Assembly (NCBI RefSeq): GCF_024521635.1
Contig: NW_026250403.1
Location: 1,488,001-1,552,000, forward strand
Source of the DNA: Tricharina praecox
Taxonomy: Eukaryota
Length of the DNA stretch: 64,000 bases
Direction: 5' to 3'
The position numbers were made by a program, and so were the translations under genes. How positions within the stretch are numbered: the stretch's first letter is position 1; the number at the start of each line of letters is the position of its first letter. This document shows, piece by piece, positions 40,001 through 52,283 of the stretch. The notes under the pieces were generated by a model that made no database searches, had not been told where the DNA came from, and saw nothing but the letters and a program-made list of their open reading frames with translations.

Positions 40001-43000
40001 GGGACGACGATGCATTCATGCATGCATGTCTATCATAAAGGGAGTGGAGCTGAGCCAAGTTGCCAACTCCTCCCACTCTCCCCCATCCCCCGGGCCCCAG
40101 GTTTGTTAGATTTCTCCGCGCTGCTGCTATGTACGCATCACGCATCACGCATGCATACCCGGGCGTTGCAACTTGCAGCTGCATTTGTTTGCGAAAGGGT
40201 TGCGAAAGGGAGGGGAGGGAAGGGTCCGCCAAGCCAGCGTATCACGCGGACGGCATCGGGAGGGGCGAGCGGTTACTGGAAGAGCGGTCGTCGCTCGTCG
40301 TACTCGCAGTCGTAAGCAGGCAGTCGCAACTTTGTTCGCAACCTCACTGGAGGGAGACGCTACATGGTACACTATCATGCCGTAGTCTGATCCAAACCCA
40401 ACTCAAACCCCTACCGACGACGAAGAGCAGCAGCAGCGCGAAAAGAAAGATGGCGGGGTAGGTATCTGTGGAGAATCGACATCCTGGATCCCTGGTATCT
40501 TGCACGTCGCCATCCATCCATTGGCTGGCCCACGGCAGAACGGATATATTGCCACTAACTAGCGCACCGATGACCGCACACGCGCTATCTAACTAGAGCA
40601 ATACGCTAGCGCCGCCGCGGGGAAAACGGAGGTGCCGAGTTTAAAATTTCAACGTCCATCCGCTAAACTACGGAGTCCGGACAGGTCTGCGGGCGAGTGA
40701 TACGTACCGTACCTCATATGCACATACACGCATACATACCGGTATCGAAGAATGAGCGGCAATGCCGTACGGTGCTGGACTGGCATTCATTACAGGAGTG
40801 TGTGCGGAGAGGTGGCGTGGCGGTGTGCCCACTCCGATATCGAATGCACGCAATGGAGGAGGAGAGCGGGATGAGGGGATTCTAGGTTCGGAACTCTCGT
40901 CTCCTGTTTGAGATTTGAGCGGAGTCGAAACATCTCCAGTTACGGTCTAGACTGCAGACTCACTCGACTCCGAAAGCCTCCCGCCCCTCCCGTTCCACCG
41001 GCTACGGTACTCGTCCGAATGTTACCCGCTACCGGTAACTGTTGGCTGATAGGAAGGATACGTACCCAAGAACTCACCTACTCTACTCTACTCCGCTCTA
41101 CTCACGAGTCTAGACAGGTAACTATCTCAACTACCGTACCAAGGAGTCGACAAACACCGCTATGTACATACACACCTACGACGCTACGGTGGTTAGCTAT
41201 GGCATCGAAGTGACTATGACTGTGTACACGACACATTCTCTGACTATTCAGTCGGAGTCCGCCGAAAGGAATGAAACGAACGGACATCGAACGGCTACCG
41301 GAAGTTGGAACCACGGATCGCAGTGCAGTGCCAGGCAGGCAGGCACACATGCCTTCTTGGGTACCGGTATGTACGGTATGTATGTGTTGTGGAACTTCTC
41401 AGTCCCATAGACATGGTCCACGATGCAGTTTTGGAATTTCCAGACAAAGTTCTACCAGGTTTCCATCGGGGAGGGGGGCATCATCCTCCCCCCACCAACC
41501 CCCAGCCGTTTGGAAAATCATTGCGTTTCGCTTGTATGTATGTAGGTAACTTGCAAGGCTCACGCAGATTGAGACTCTATATATGTATTGTACTCTATGT
41601 ATCTATGGGTGTATACCGGTATCCTGCTGCTGCTCCTACTCACCAATCACGCATCACGCGAGCTGACTCCTGAGTTGTGCGGATGTGTGTGCCGTCCTAC
41701 TGGTAGCGTAATTGGGGAGCGATCATCGGGGAAGTCTCGCTGGGCGGGGGGCGGGGGACGGGGTGAGCGCTGTGGGGAGGGAGGGGGAAGCGCTGTGGGG
41801 AAGTGCTGTGGGGGAACAGACTACCGTATGTACCTCCCTAAGTACCCACTAGTAGTTGCCGCTATGTATTGTACCTACATACCGTTTCATCTATCTATCC
41901 ATCATGAGCCTAATTCTTATTGACGGAAGACTTTCCTTCCGAGTCAGTCGCCTTTCCTTCCGGCCGGATTAATACCCACGGCCTGCGGCAGCATGCAATA
42001 GCAGCGGTGCATACGGTAGTTCAAGCGCAAATACAATGTTCCGAGGCTATGGTACATCCTATGTACCGTACGTACCTACCCAGCACTATCGTATCCTGCG
42101 TATCTATGTACTTTCGTTACTCCGTTGGGAATAGTTGTCACAGTACGTACGTTAGTTAGCGGGTGCCCTGCCCAGAGTGCTGTTGCGGCGCTACGTTCAT
42201 GTCCGACAAACGCCACCAAAATCATAATAGTTAATCGGGGCGCCGTCTACTCTAGCTCCGGATGCTTTAAACAGGCTGAATGGCAGAAGTCGGTATGCAA
42301 GCCCTCTTGCTAGCAGGATACTGCTAGTTAGGGTGTGGCCGCAGAGTCGCTAGAGCGGTGCATGGTAGTGTGTTAAGCTCAGTCAAGCTTTGTGACATGA
42401 CAACGCTAATCATACAACACCTCACCTTCGAGTCGAGAGTCGAGATATCTTGCAAAAGTTCACAGTTTAAACCCGCGGGCTTAGGAATCTTTCGTGTTGG
42501 ACAGTGCGTGCAGAAACAGTTCTCGTGGCCAATACGGCGCAAAAAAAAATGCACACCGCATCGCGTGGACCACGTTTCTTCCTTCCGGAATGCTTGGTGA
42601 CATTCTATGTAGGGAGAGAGGGGGCTTCGTGAATGAATATCTTCATCTTACCTGAAGGCGCCGAGGACTCGAAATTTCTTGGCCTCAGTGCCTTCGATAG
42701 ACCAGTGCAGTCCGTTTTTTCGGTATCAGTCGGACTGGACTGTGCAGTCTGCGCGGCTGATAACTAGGACTGGACGGACGGCAGTTTGAATAGAAAATCT
42801 TTGAACTCAGTGATGAACTCTTTTCTATACGTCTATAATACCTACAGCTATTGTAAATCCTCCGCACACAGTGCAACCACACAGTGGTAGTCTCCCGTAT
42901 TGATACCGCCCTACCAGTATGTATGATACCAGTTCCAAGACCATCCCGTTACCAGCTTCTGAGACATTCTAGTGCCTCTGGTGCGTCATCCATCACCCAT

Positions 43001-44131
43001 GTTTGCTGCAGCGCCGGCGGCCGTAGCGGCGATGAGAGAGAGAGAGAGAGAGAGAGTAATTTTAGCCCTACTTAACACACGTTCCGTCTCTGCGCTCAAT
43101 GCGGGAATGCTCAAATACCTTAGGTAGGTACTCGAGTGCGATTCTGTCAAGATCTTGCCAGCCAGAAGTTGGAACCCTCGATCATGATTCATATATCGAT
43201 GCTCAAGTTGCAACCCGTTGGAGTGTACGCCGATTACGGTCCCGTTAGTAGCCACAAGGTGGGTAGTTCGACCCCCACAGTCTCGGAAAGTGGTAGTCGA
43301 CTGGCTTCGACTGTACGGTAGTCCGGGCGGCAAAATGTTGGACGGACTGACTACACACCACCCTTCAATTTTATGGACTGGATAGTCCGGACAGCAGTCC
43401 GGACTCCGGTCTGGACTATCGGGAGCACTGCCTGGCCCCTTGTTGTGATTGTTGCGTGTTCAGGAAAGGGGTTGTTCAACGTGTGGAACTTTGGGATACA
43501 CGGACTCAGACTCGGATTCGAAGGGAGGGTTCCGTCCAGACTCCAGAATGGCTTCTGGAAGCCTCTTGAAGTGCACTGGAGTCCAGGTGGCAAGGCGGTA
43601 CAACGTGCGGGAAAGGCGTTTTTTCACACCTTGTAGGACGGTATGTAGGCGGCTTCGTGATGTACATGCCTCAGGAATGAACCTGAAGGAATTGCCCCTT
43701 CGGCCCCCTGCCGTGGACCGTGGTTGCGACCACGAGCACGAGCACGAGCATGTTTTTCTTCCGCCCCGCTGACGGACTACGGTGTTACATCTTGGATTCT
43801 TGAGCAGATGTAGGCTCTCCCGCATAGGAGTGAGAATTGAGCAGAGGGGGGAAAGATGATGTGAGAGTGATGGTGGCGTGTAACGGAACGTGCTTCTCCG
43901 TCAGGGAGGCAGTGGTACGTACTCATTGTTGTATTGGCACTCAAAGATGGCTGTCGAGGAGTGTGTTGGCAACTTGGCGTGCGCTACTCTGCCAGCATCA
44001 ATGCACTCGGACGGCATTACTGTCGTATATACCTCACAGGACGGTAAGTATCAATTAGGTACTTAGCTAATGTCGATATCTCATATCTCGTATCTATCTC
44101 TAGAACATACTATGTACAGTAGTCTATGACT

Positions 44132-45222
44132 CTATGTTAATGTTTTGCAAGTCTCCACCGCCTCCATTTCCCCCTGTTTCCTTCTACCAACGGCCGCCCT
44201 TCTTTCCTCCTCTTTCCGCCTCCAATGTACCAGCGTCAACTTCAGATGTACGATGAGCAGCCCCAAGAAAACAATAAACACCGCACCGACAATCCCTACA
44301 ACGCCATATATTGTGATCATCGAGAGCTGATAGCCAACCCCCTCCAGCGCCGAGCCCTCCTGTGTCCCCTGCGCCGTTCCCAGCGCCACCTGCAGCGCCG
44401 TCAAGATCACCGTGATGTACGCAAACACCAAGATCAGCCAGCCCAGCTTGCGACCAAAGAAGTGTCCATACTCGGTGTAGATATAGTGGTATCCACGCAT
44501 CATCTCGCCCGAAGTGAGGCGGTAGATCCAGTTGAGGCGATCACATCTTAGCTCGCCGTAGACGTAACGTTTATTCAGCTGGTCGCGGGCGACCAGGTCG
44601 AGGTGCGCACGGATACTCCCCGCAAACGCCGCCCACTGCGGCCACAGCATGTCCGCCGGCAGCAGTCCCCGCTCCACCGCGATCCGGAAGTCGCTCTCGT
44701 GCAGGATCATCTCGACGTAGGAGGCCAGGAGGCCGCAAGCGCTGGCGTGCAGCTCTGCCGCCGCCGGCGTGCACAGGTGCGCGGCGAAGAAGTTGTAGTC
44801 CATTAGGAAGAGTGGTAGCGGCTTGATGTAGATCTTGCCGTGCTGGTGCACGAGGTGCAGGTCGGTCTGCTCGGCCACGACGATCTCGCGCTCCATCATC
44901 CGCTGTCGGTGCAGCTGCCGGATGTGGCCGGCTCGTCCTGCGAGCCAGAGGTAGTCGTGCACTCGGTTCAACCGTGAGACATCGAGCTCGGCTGTGAGGT
45001 GGCTGGATAGTGTGTGCTTGGGTATGAAGATGCTGCCGGGGAGCTCGATGTGGTCGCTCGAGTGCACCGGGAGCTCGGGGATGTTGGCGAATGGTATGCT
45101 GTGTGTCGCCGCGAAGGGAGGGAAGAGGTGGGAGGCCGGCTGTAACTCAATCCGCCGTTAGAAAACATCCGGTTGTTAGATTCGGGATGTCTGACCTCCA
45201 CGGATATCATGCTTTCCAACAT
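44132..45222 (-). CDS. DUF6601-like protein with two C-terminal transmembrane helices
   Basis: ELDVSRLNRVHDYLWLAGR, LHRQ...REIVVAEQTDLHLV...IYIKPLP, RYVYGELR.DRLN.IYR and FAYITVILTALQVALGT match my recollection of DUF6601. Short first exon MLESMISVE, intron ~45195..45140. Confidence 0.75.
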
Positions 45223-45416
45223 GGCTATCTCTGCGCAAAAAGGTAACTATAGTCTATATAGTAGGTACGTGCTGAAACGATTTCGGTAGATGATGCTTAA
45301 GGAGAGGAAGATGTTGATGCACGATCTGGAGGTTTGGGGCGCACGCGAGGGGATCCGATCCGAAGGCAGTCGGAAGAAGAAGAAGATGTAGTTCTTATAG
45401 TCGTCCCAGATGAACT

Positions 45417-45517
45417 AGAACCTTCCTCGTGAGCCGTGCACAAACCTCACTCGCCGGACAAACCTCACTCGCCGGACAAACCAGAACCTTCCGCGTGGGC
45501 CGTGCACAAACCTCACT
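45417..45517. repeat. Compound direct repeat in the divergent DUF6601/NLR intergenic region
   Basis: A 35-bp unit AGAACCTTCC(T/G)CGTG(A/G)GCCGTGCACAAACCTCACT occurs at 45417 and 45483, around an 18-bp tandem ACAAACCTCACTCGCCGG x2. Confidence 0.85.
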
Positions 45518-46037
45518 TGATCAAACACGCCGCTCCGACAACAAAGGCCTTACGGGCCGCAACAGAAGACAGCCGCGGAATGGTAGAAGAAGAGAGAGTC
45601 TGGAAGGGAAATGTACCGATGGCAGCCCTTTAGAGCTCCATGCCTTCGTCCTAAATAACAACAACCATCCTCCTCCCCTATATCTCGCCGGTCGTGAATT
45701 AGCGGCAATGGGAATGGTGCCGGTACACTGCTTAACCCGCTTAACGATTCCCAAGAATAGCCGTTTCATAATGCTTGCTGGTTGAGGTGGTTGCCGCCTG
45801 CTGATTGGGCCGGCCCGCCAGGGCGGCAATTAGTGTGCGCGTTGGCGCCTGATTTCGCGCAACCGCAACAGGGGCACTGCATGAAGAGTCCCACCAGTTG
45901 ACTCGTCGACAAGCTGCGGCGCGTAAAAGTCGTCACACACATATCCAAGTAGTCGTATATATGTAAGGGTTCGGCCATCAACTTTGAATTTTGGCAATTG
46001 AATTCGAAATCCACAGCTGAGGCCCGATACAGTGAAC

Positions 46038-49000
46038 ATGAAATTCCCGCTAGACTTGAGTAATGAACGCTCTACCGGAAACGGCGCCGAAGAGCAGGAA
46101 GACAACTCAATGTACACCATGAGGATAGTGGCTCCCGGAACTGGGGTAGACGGCAACGAAGAGCCAATAGTCGAGTAAGCGCCTAATTTTCCGATTATTC
46201 GTATAAAGTCAGCCTTTACTGATTGTGAATAGCATCATCGGAATGCAAGGGCTCGGGGCCGATCCTGATACCACATGGCTTTCGAATGGAGTGCACTGGC
46301 TGCGAGACCTACTTCCACAAGATGCGCCTCGGGCGCGTATAATGGCCTGGGGGGATGACACCAAGTTCTTCAGCAAAGCACCCAATGCAAAAATGGAAGA
46401 CTACGCAAGAAGAGCAATTTTGGGGACTTTTTGCAAAAGGCGAACGAAGCAAGTAAGGATGATTACGTTGGTGGCACATAACAAAGAGATGGATTTGTAA
46501 CGGTTTCTAGGAACGTAGGAGACCAATCATATTTATCGGGCACTCCTTCGGGGGAATCATCACCAAGCATGCAAGTAAATTCGGATGGATTATGTACATA
46601 CTTCATATTGGGACGATTAAATTCTAACCACAATTCATAGGCATTAATCGAATCAGCTGATGATTCGTGGTATAAGAACATCACCGACTGCACCGTCGGA
46701 ATCATTTACCTAGGGGTACCGCACTACGGACTTGCGATCCTGCCGTTTGTGGCTGGAACATTTGCTAGAATTTTAAACGTCTTCACCAGGTCGACTCCAG
46801 ATGGTTTATTCCGAATTTTGACAAAAAACTCGTCGAAACTGCTTGATCTTGAAAAAACCTTTGCCAGCAAGGTTCCAGCCTGCAAGACCACCTGTTTTTA
46901 CGAAACGAGGATATCAAAGTACAAAGTACTCGTAGGTTATATAGAAACCCCCGTGAGGTCTTCGTCGCTGACTCAAAGATTCCAGATTGTTCCGAAGGAA
47001 TCGGCAGTGCTGAAAGGTCAAGAGGGTATTGCATTGGATGTGAATCACTCGGGCTTGAACAAGTATGGATCCAGAGATGATCCGAGCTATGCGGCTGTCC
47101 GTGATGTCATCTTAGGATGGATACAAAGCCTACCGCCACTCATAATAGCGGCAGCTGAGAAAGCGACTGATGCCGATGAGGCATCTAAAATTCGGCCGGA
47201 TACTAACGATGATCTGAGTGAGCAGGAGGACAAAGGCATACAATGGTTCGTGTTTACCGCTCTTACTCACCTCGAAGATGACTGACGGCAACTTACCTCG
47301 TCTCCAAATCAGGGAAAGTGTTGCTCTCGATGAGGCCCCGGAGTCATTTTGTGTCCCTAACGACACGCCGGCGTATCGTTGCAGCCCATTCATGGGTAGG
47401 GAACAAGATATCCAGCGATTACACGACTTGATTAAAGACTGTGATGGAGAGCCCGTGGCACTGCTCGGTGCTTCGGGAATTGGCCAGACTCAACTGGCCC
47501 TATAATATGCTAAACAGCACGAAAATGTTTATCCGTATCAGGTTTTTGTGAACTTGGATACCAAAAATCTGTTTTACGAGTTCATATACTGGATGCTCGG
47601 ACTTTCTACGGGTTGGGAGTGGGAATTCCGCGTCGATATCGCGGAGCGTTGGATGAAGAACGAACACGGGGAGAGAAAGGGGAACTTACTTCTGATACTG
47701 GACGGAGTTCCCGAAACAATGCGGCAGCTTGTCGCTCAATTCCCTCTGGGTATAAGGGAGAGTCAAATCTTGATGCTCACCTCGGACAGAGTAGGGGATG
47801 TGCGCGAGAAGTTCAATATCACCAGATGTTTGGAAGTGGGACCTTTGGAGAATGAGTCGGCATTGGCGATATGGTCCGACTTGGTGGGCAAAGAGATCAC
47901 TGGTGCAGAACTTCAAAGCGCCAACAGGATGCTCAAAATTTTGGACAAAAACACAGAGGCAATCGTTCCAACTGCCGAGTATATGACGAAACATCAACTC
48001 GGCTTTCAAGAATTTGAGAACCAAATCAGTCCGGACGGTTTAGATTCCTCGGTAATTTCTAGCTGGCACTCTACTCCATGTTATCCTATCTAACCAGAAA
48101 GCAGAAATCTGAACCTGGGGACGGTGATAACGCTCTGTCGGCGGCGATACTTCTGGTCCTCGGGCGGCTATCTCTACAGAGTGGAGACCTGCTCAACATC
48201 TTATCTTTCTTTAATCCCAACTACATCCCGGTTGATATGCTTCACAACGGTGCGGTTCGAGCCTTTACCGTCACATGCTCAGGACAGGATGGACGGCCAT
48301 TAGATCCATGGCATACGCCGATAAAGGAACTTTTCGAAGTTCTCAAAATGCCTACCGATCTTCATCGGGCTCTCGGGAAGCTTCAATCACTCTCGGTGAT
48401 TGAGAAACCGTTATGCGAAGGCGATACTGTGCCTTTCATCCGCTTTCATCCACTCTGCGGAATACCCTCATCCTCCTGGTTATACCCCGATGAGCTTCCC
48501 TACTGGATCGAAGCCGCTGCAACCATTGTTCTCGGGGCATTGGAGAAAGGGCTAGAGGAAGCGGGTGGCAAAATCTGCGCACGAAGCTACAGGCTACGAC
48601 CGCATGTGCTCTCTGTTTTGAAACACATGAAAACTGATCCTATACGCGAATACCAACCGTTCTTCTCGCATATTCTCGCTGAACTGGGTGCTTTTCTGCG
48701 GAGCTTCTGCGATTACTCGGAGGCTCTTGACATGTTTCAACTCGCGGCTTTTGCCAGTACGAACGATCGCAATATAGGTCCCAACGATCCATACACACTG
48801 CACCTTCAAGAGCAACATGCAAACCTATGTGTAAACCTAGGCCAGTACGAAACCGCAGTAACGATACACAGCGAGGTCCTCCAGAAGCGAAAGAAATTGC
48901 TGGGCTGTTTTCATCCGGACACAATCCGCGCCTACTGCAATATCGCGACGCTATCGGCTGCCCGCGGAAGGTACGAGGAATCGGCGAAGTCGTTCAGGTG

Positions 49001-49975
49001 GGCCGAACTTCTGATGAGATGTCTGTCGATGAAACGGATGTGTCCGAGACCATTCGAGCTTTCTTACATCCCGGAGGGCCTTGCACTCGCCTTGTGGAGG
49101 CTGGGTCAGGATCGAAAGGCCCAACGGTTACTCGAAGGAGCCCTCAGGTACGGCAGGAGGCCTTGAAGTCCTCGACAGAATACCGGGATAGTTGGGATGG
49201 TCTTCAACCTCTAGTCTCTATTTATTGCATACAGGGGCAGTACGATAGAGCGGAGAACATCTGCCATCAGATACTCCAACAGGCCGAGAAGAGATACGGT
49301 GACGAGCACTCAGAAACAATGCTTTTGAAGCTACATCTTGCGAATGTCTTGGTCGACCAGAGCAAAATCACGGATGCTAGGGAGATCGTGTCTTCCTCGA
49401 AAAGATCACTCGAGACGTACCAGGGCTCTTTCGATCCCACCATGCTCCTCGCAAAGGAACGTCTGGCGGATGCATTGGAAAAACTCGGCGATACTGAAGA
49501 GGCTGGAACATACTACGAGAAGATCTACCAGGAAAGGAAGACGCATTTCGGACCAGCCGATCACACCACATTGCGCGCGTTGGAGGGAAGTGCTAGAGTC
49601 AAGGGAAGCCTAGGATTGGTCGATGAAGGACGAGATTTGTTTGTTCGTGTTATCCAAGGGAGCACCGATACGCTTGGAAGGACACATCCCCGGACGTTGG
49701 AGAGCTTGCAGACGTACGGGGAGTTTCTAGTGCAAAGTGGAGCGAAAGAGGAGGCATCGACAGTATTTACTGAAGTACTATCAGTACGGAAGAAGAAACT
49801 CCGGAAAGGTCACCCAGACACGCTCAGAACGATGCAACACCTAGCCAACTGCACCACACAACTTCATGGGTAATATCCTTCTTAAGTTACGCATCGGATG
49901 TCAGTCAAGTAGCTGACAACCCGTAGCTCGACGAAGAGGCGCACAACGCTCTTGTCCGCCGAGGTTTCCGAGTAG
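46038..49975 (+). pseudogene. Fungal NLR: SesB-like alpha/beta hydrolase + NB-ARC + TPR repeats; hydrolase intact, NOD/TPR part disrupted
   Basis: HWLRDLLP, RPIIFIGHSFGG, GIIYLGVPHYG and NHSGLNKY (hydrolase). FMGRE, GASGIGQTQLAL*YA and LLILDGV (NB-ARC, in-frame TAA at 47503). LGxxHPDT-type TPRs with a frame switch near 49150. Confidence 0.85.
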
Positions 49976-50333
49976 CACGCCAGCTGTGAAAATTCCCCTG
50001 TATGTCCCCTTATTCCCATCTTTATGTGTTGTTGCTAATGACTTGAAGATCTTTCAAACCAGGCCATCATTACCATGGGTCCTATAATTAGAGCACACGA
50101 TGTTGGGTGCTATGAGCAATACAGGTCTCCTACGAGCTCTCGATCTGTAGCAAGCGGTGGTGGATCTAGCTGTAATATTTATGTATGAAAGTGTTGGAAT
50201 ATATACCTAGGTAGACAGATGATGATATTCTATTCGATACAGAAAGAAGAACCTATCGTCCACGGCGAAGACCTCTATTTAAGACTGAGACGCCACCTAA
50301 GGTTGGCCGCTCACCAGACTTCGCCTGGCCATC

Positions 50334-50384
50334 GAGGCTCTTCCACCGTTGAGACTCTTCCACCGTCGAGGCTCTTCCACCGCC
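50334..50384. repeat. 17-bp tandem repeat x3 (GAGGCTCTTCCACCGTY)
   Basis: gaggctcttccaccgtt / gagactcttccaccgtc / gaggctcttccaccgcc. Confidence 0.9.
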
Positions 50385-50945
50385 AAACCTTGACTCGTGC
50401 CGAGATCTCCGGGCGACCAAAATTTGACAGAAAGAGAGAGACGGTGAATAAACCGTTAAACCTCACCCAAACAATGAGGATCACTAGTGGAGTTCGCGAA
50501 TGACAATCCTGAGTGCAGTCTTCGAATTCCAGCCATAAATTTCTCTTGAATTGCAAGTGATGTTCCAAGGTTCGATAGGTATGGGATTATGGGGCACCTA
50601 CCCATATCGTTTGCCACTGGGCACTTGGCGAAGTTGGGTAGGGCTGAATGGGAAGCGCCAAGCCCTCTGGTAAGTGAAGGTCCCAGGCCATAATGTGTAG
50701 TAAGCTTTAATTCAACCTCACCTCTCCCCACCCGCACCGACCTCCCCAAACCCTACTGCACCACACGCACATCATACTCACTAGTGCACCAAGCTCTCAG
50801 CAGCCGGGCTGAAATCGTCTCTCTCGTGAACAGCTCACGCGCACGCGTCTAGTTCCACCCACAACCCTCGTTTTACATTACCATCAGGGGGTGGCCAGCA
50901 CTTCTACAGTTGGTTGGGACAGAACTCACGCGTGGGGGATGCAGA

Positions 50946-52283
50946 ATGGACCCATCACAACTCACCAAGAACCCACCACCCCTTCCATCGGCCATGTCGT
51001 CGGCATCCTCGAAAGCGGCAATCAACGGCTCGTCGCCATCGCCCACCACCGCGACGTCGAACTCACAGAAGATGGCTCCGCCGAGTGTCGCGCCGCGACT
51101 CGAGATCCAGCCACATCATGAGGCGCTCAAGGGCGCGCTTACGAAGGAGAATTGGATGACGTACACCGAGGCCTTGAATAAATTCCTCCGAGGTATGTCC
51201 TGCTGCTCCGGAGCGGTGACGGCGGTGTAGGCTGATCTGTGGGGAATGTGTAGGCAGACTGAGCGACCAGGAATTACTCGAGGATATAGGACCGTTTATC
51301 AAAGGACCCAAGATCCGGCTACATAATAGCCTACTGATGGCTCTAATCTCGAATATTACTAGGGATGCTCCGCAGGTCGATGTGGCCACTTGGGTTTCGG
51401 CGAGTGATAAGCCGAGCTCCGTGACGAAGTTGCCGGCTGGTGATATCAATGAGCGGCGGCTGAAGAAGGAGATCATGGCGATCTCGGCAAGGGAGAGGAA
51501 AAGGATTAAGGAGGTGCCGGAGAAGGTGAGCATTTGGTCCGCGTTGGGTGAATTGGGGGTGCTGATATTTGTGTGGAGCAGAATGAGAATATCGAGGATA
51601 TGCTCGGTAATGCGCTCATGGAATATCATACGGCCAAGCAGGTCAAGCCGCCCGATCCTCCTCCACGTAGCGCCACAATCAATAAGACCAGTGAGTTCCC
51701 ACTTCAACGTTACCCGAGTTGCTTGGCCCACTCGCTGACATCAACAGATTGGGAATCCGAAATTAAACAGCGCTACATGCTCCCGCTCGCCAGTGAAACC
51801 GGCGAGTTTCCTGACGTGGACAACATCCGTCTCCGCATGCTCCCTATCTGCTACGAGGAGGGAATTCCCGGCGGCTGCTCAGTGGAAACCGCAAACTTCA
51901 TGAACGTCGCCGCCGAAACGTTCGTTAAAGAAATACTCACAACCATCATCGGCCGCGTGCGCTCCAACGGGCCAATCTACGTGCAGACAGATGCGTACCG
52001 CAAACTAGCACCCAAGGGCCGCTGGGTCCCACGCCAGGAACGCCCACTTCTGGGAATGCATGATGTGAGGTTGAGCTTGACGCTCGGTGATAACTTGCTC
52101 ACGCAGATGCCCACGAGTATGAAGAAGATTATGGCTGGAGGGTGGTACGAGAGGGATTACGAGGTAGATACGGCGTTGCAATTTGAGGATACAGTTGATG
52201 TCGGCGAGTGGCAGGGCGGCGCTCCCGAGGATAGAAAAGAGCTGAAGGGTCTATTGGACGATTGTCTGGCGTTAGGGACTTAG
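50946..52283 (+). CDS. HFI1: SAGA complex subunit Hfi1/Ada1
   Basis: W..Y.EALNKFLRG-RLS, LHNSLLMALISN, ERRLKKEIMAISARERKRIK and LASETGEFPD...RMLPICYEEG. Three introns. Confidence 0.85.

Noticed and set aside
39699-40315. ORFs with poly-Leu, EEEA or KKKQ runs
   Set aside because: They are artefacts of the 12-bp minisatellite read in different frames, with no gene-like context.
45417-45517. CRISPR-like repeat-spacer array
   Set aside because: Eukaryotic context, only 2-3 units, no unique equal-length spacers and no cas genes.
46038-46174. Amyloid signalling motif at the NLR N-terminus
   Set aside because: MKFPLDLSNERSTGNGAEEQEDNS is acidic and lacks HET-s, PP or sigma-type G/N/Q patterns.
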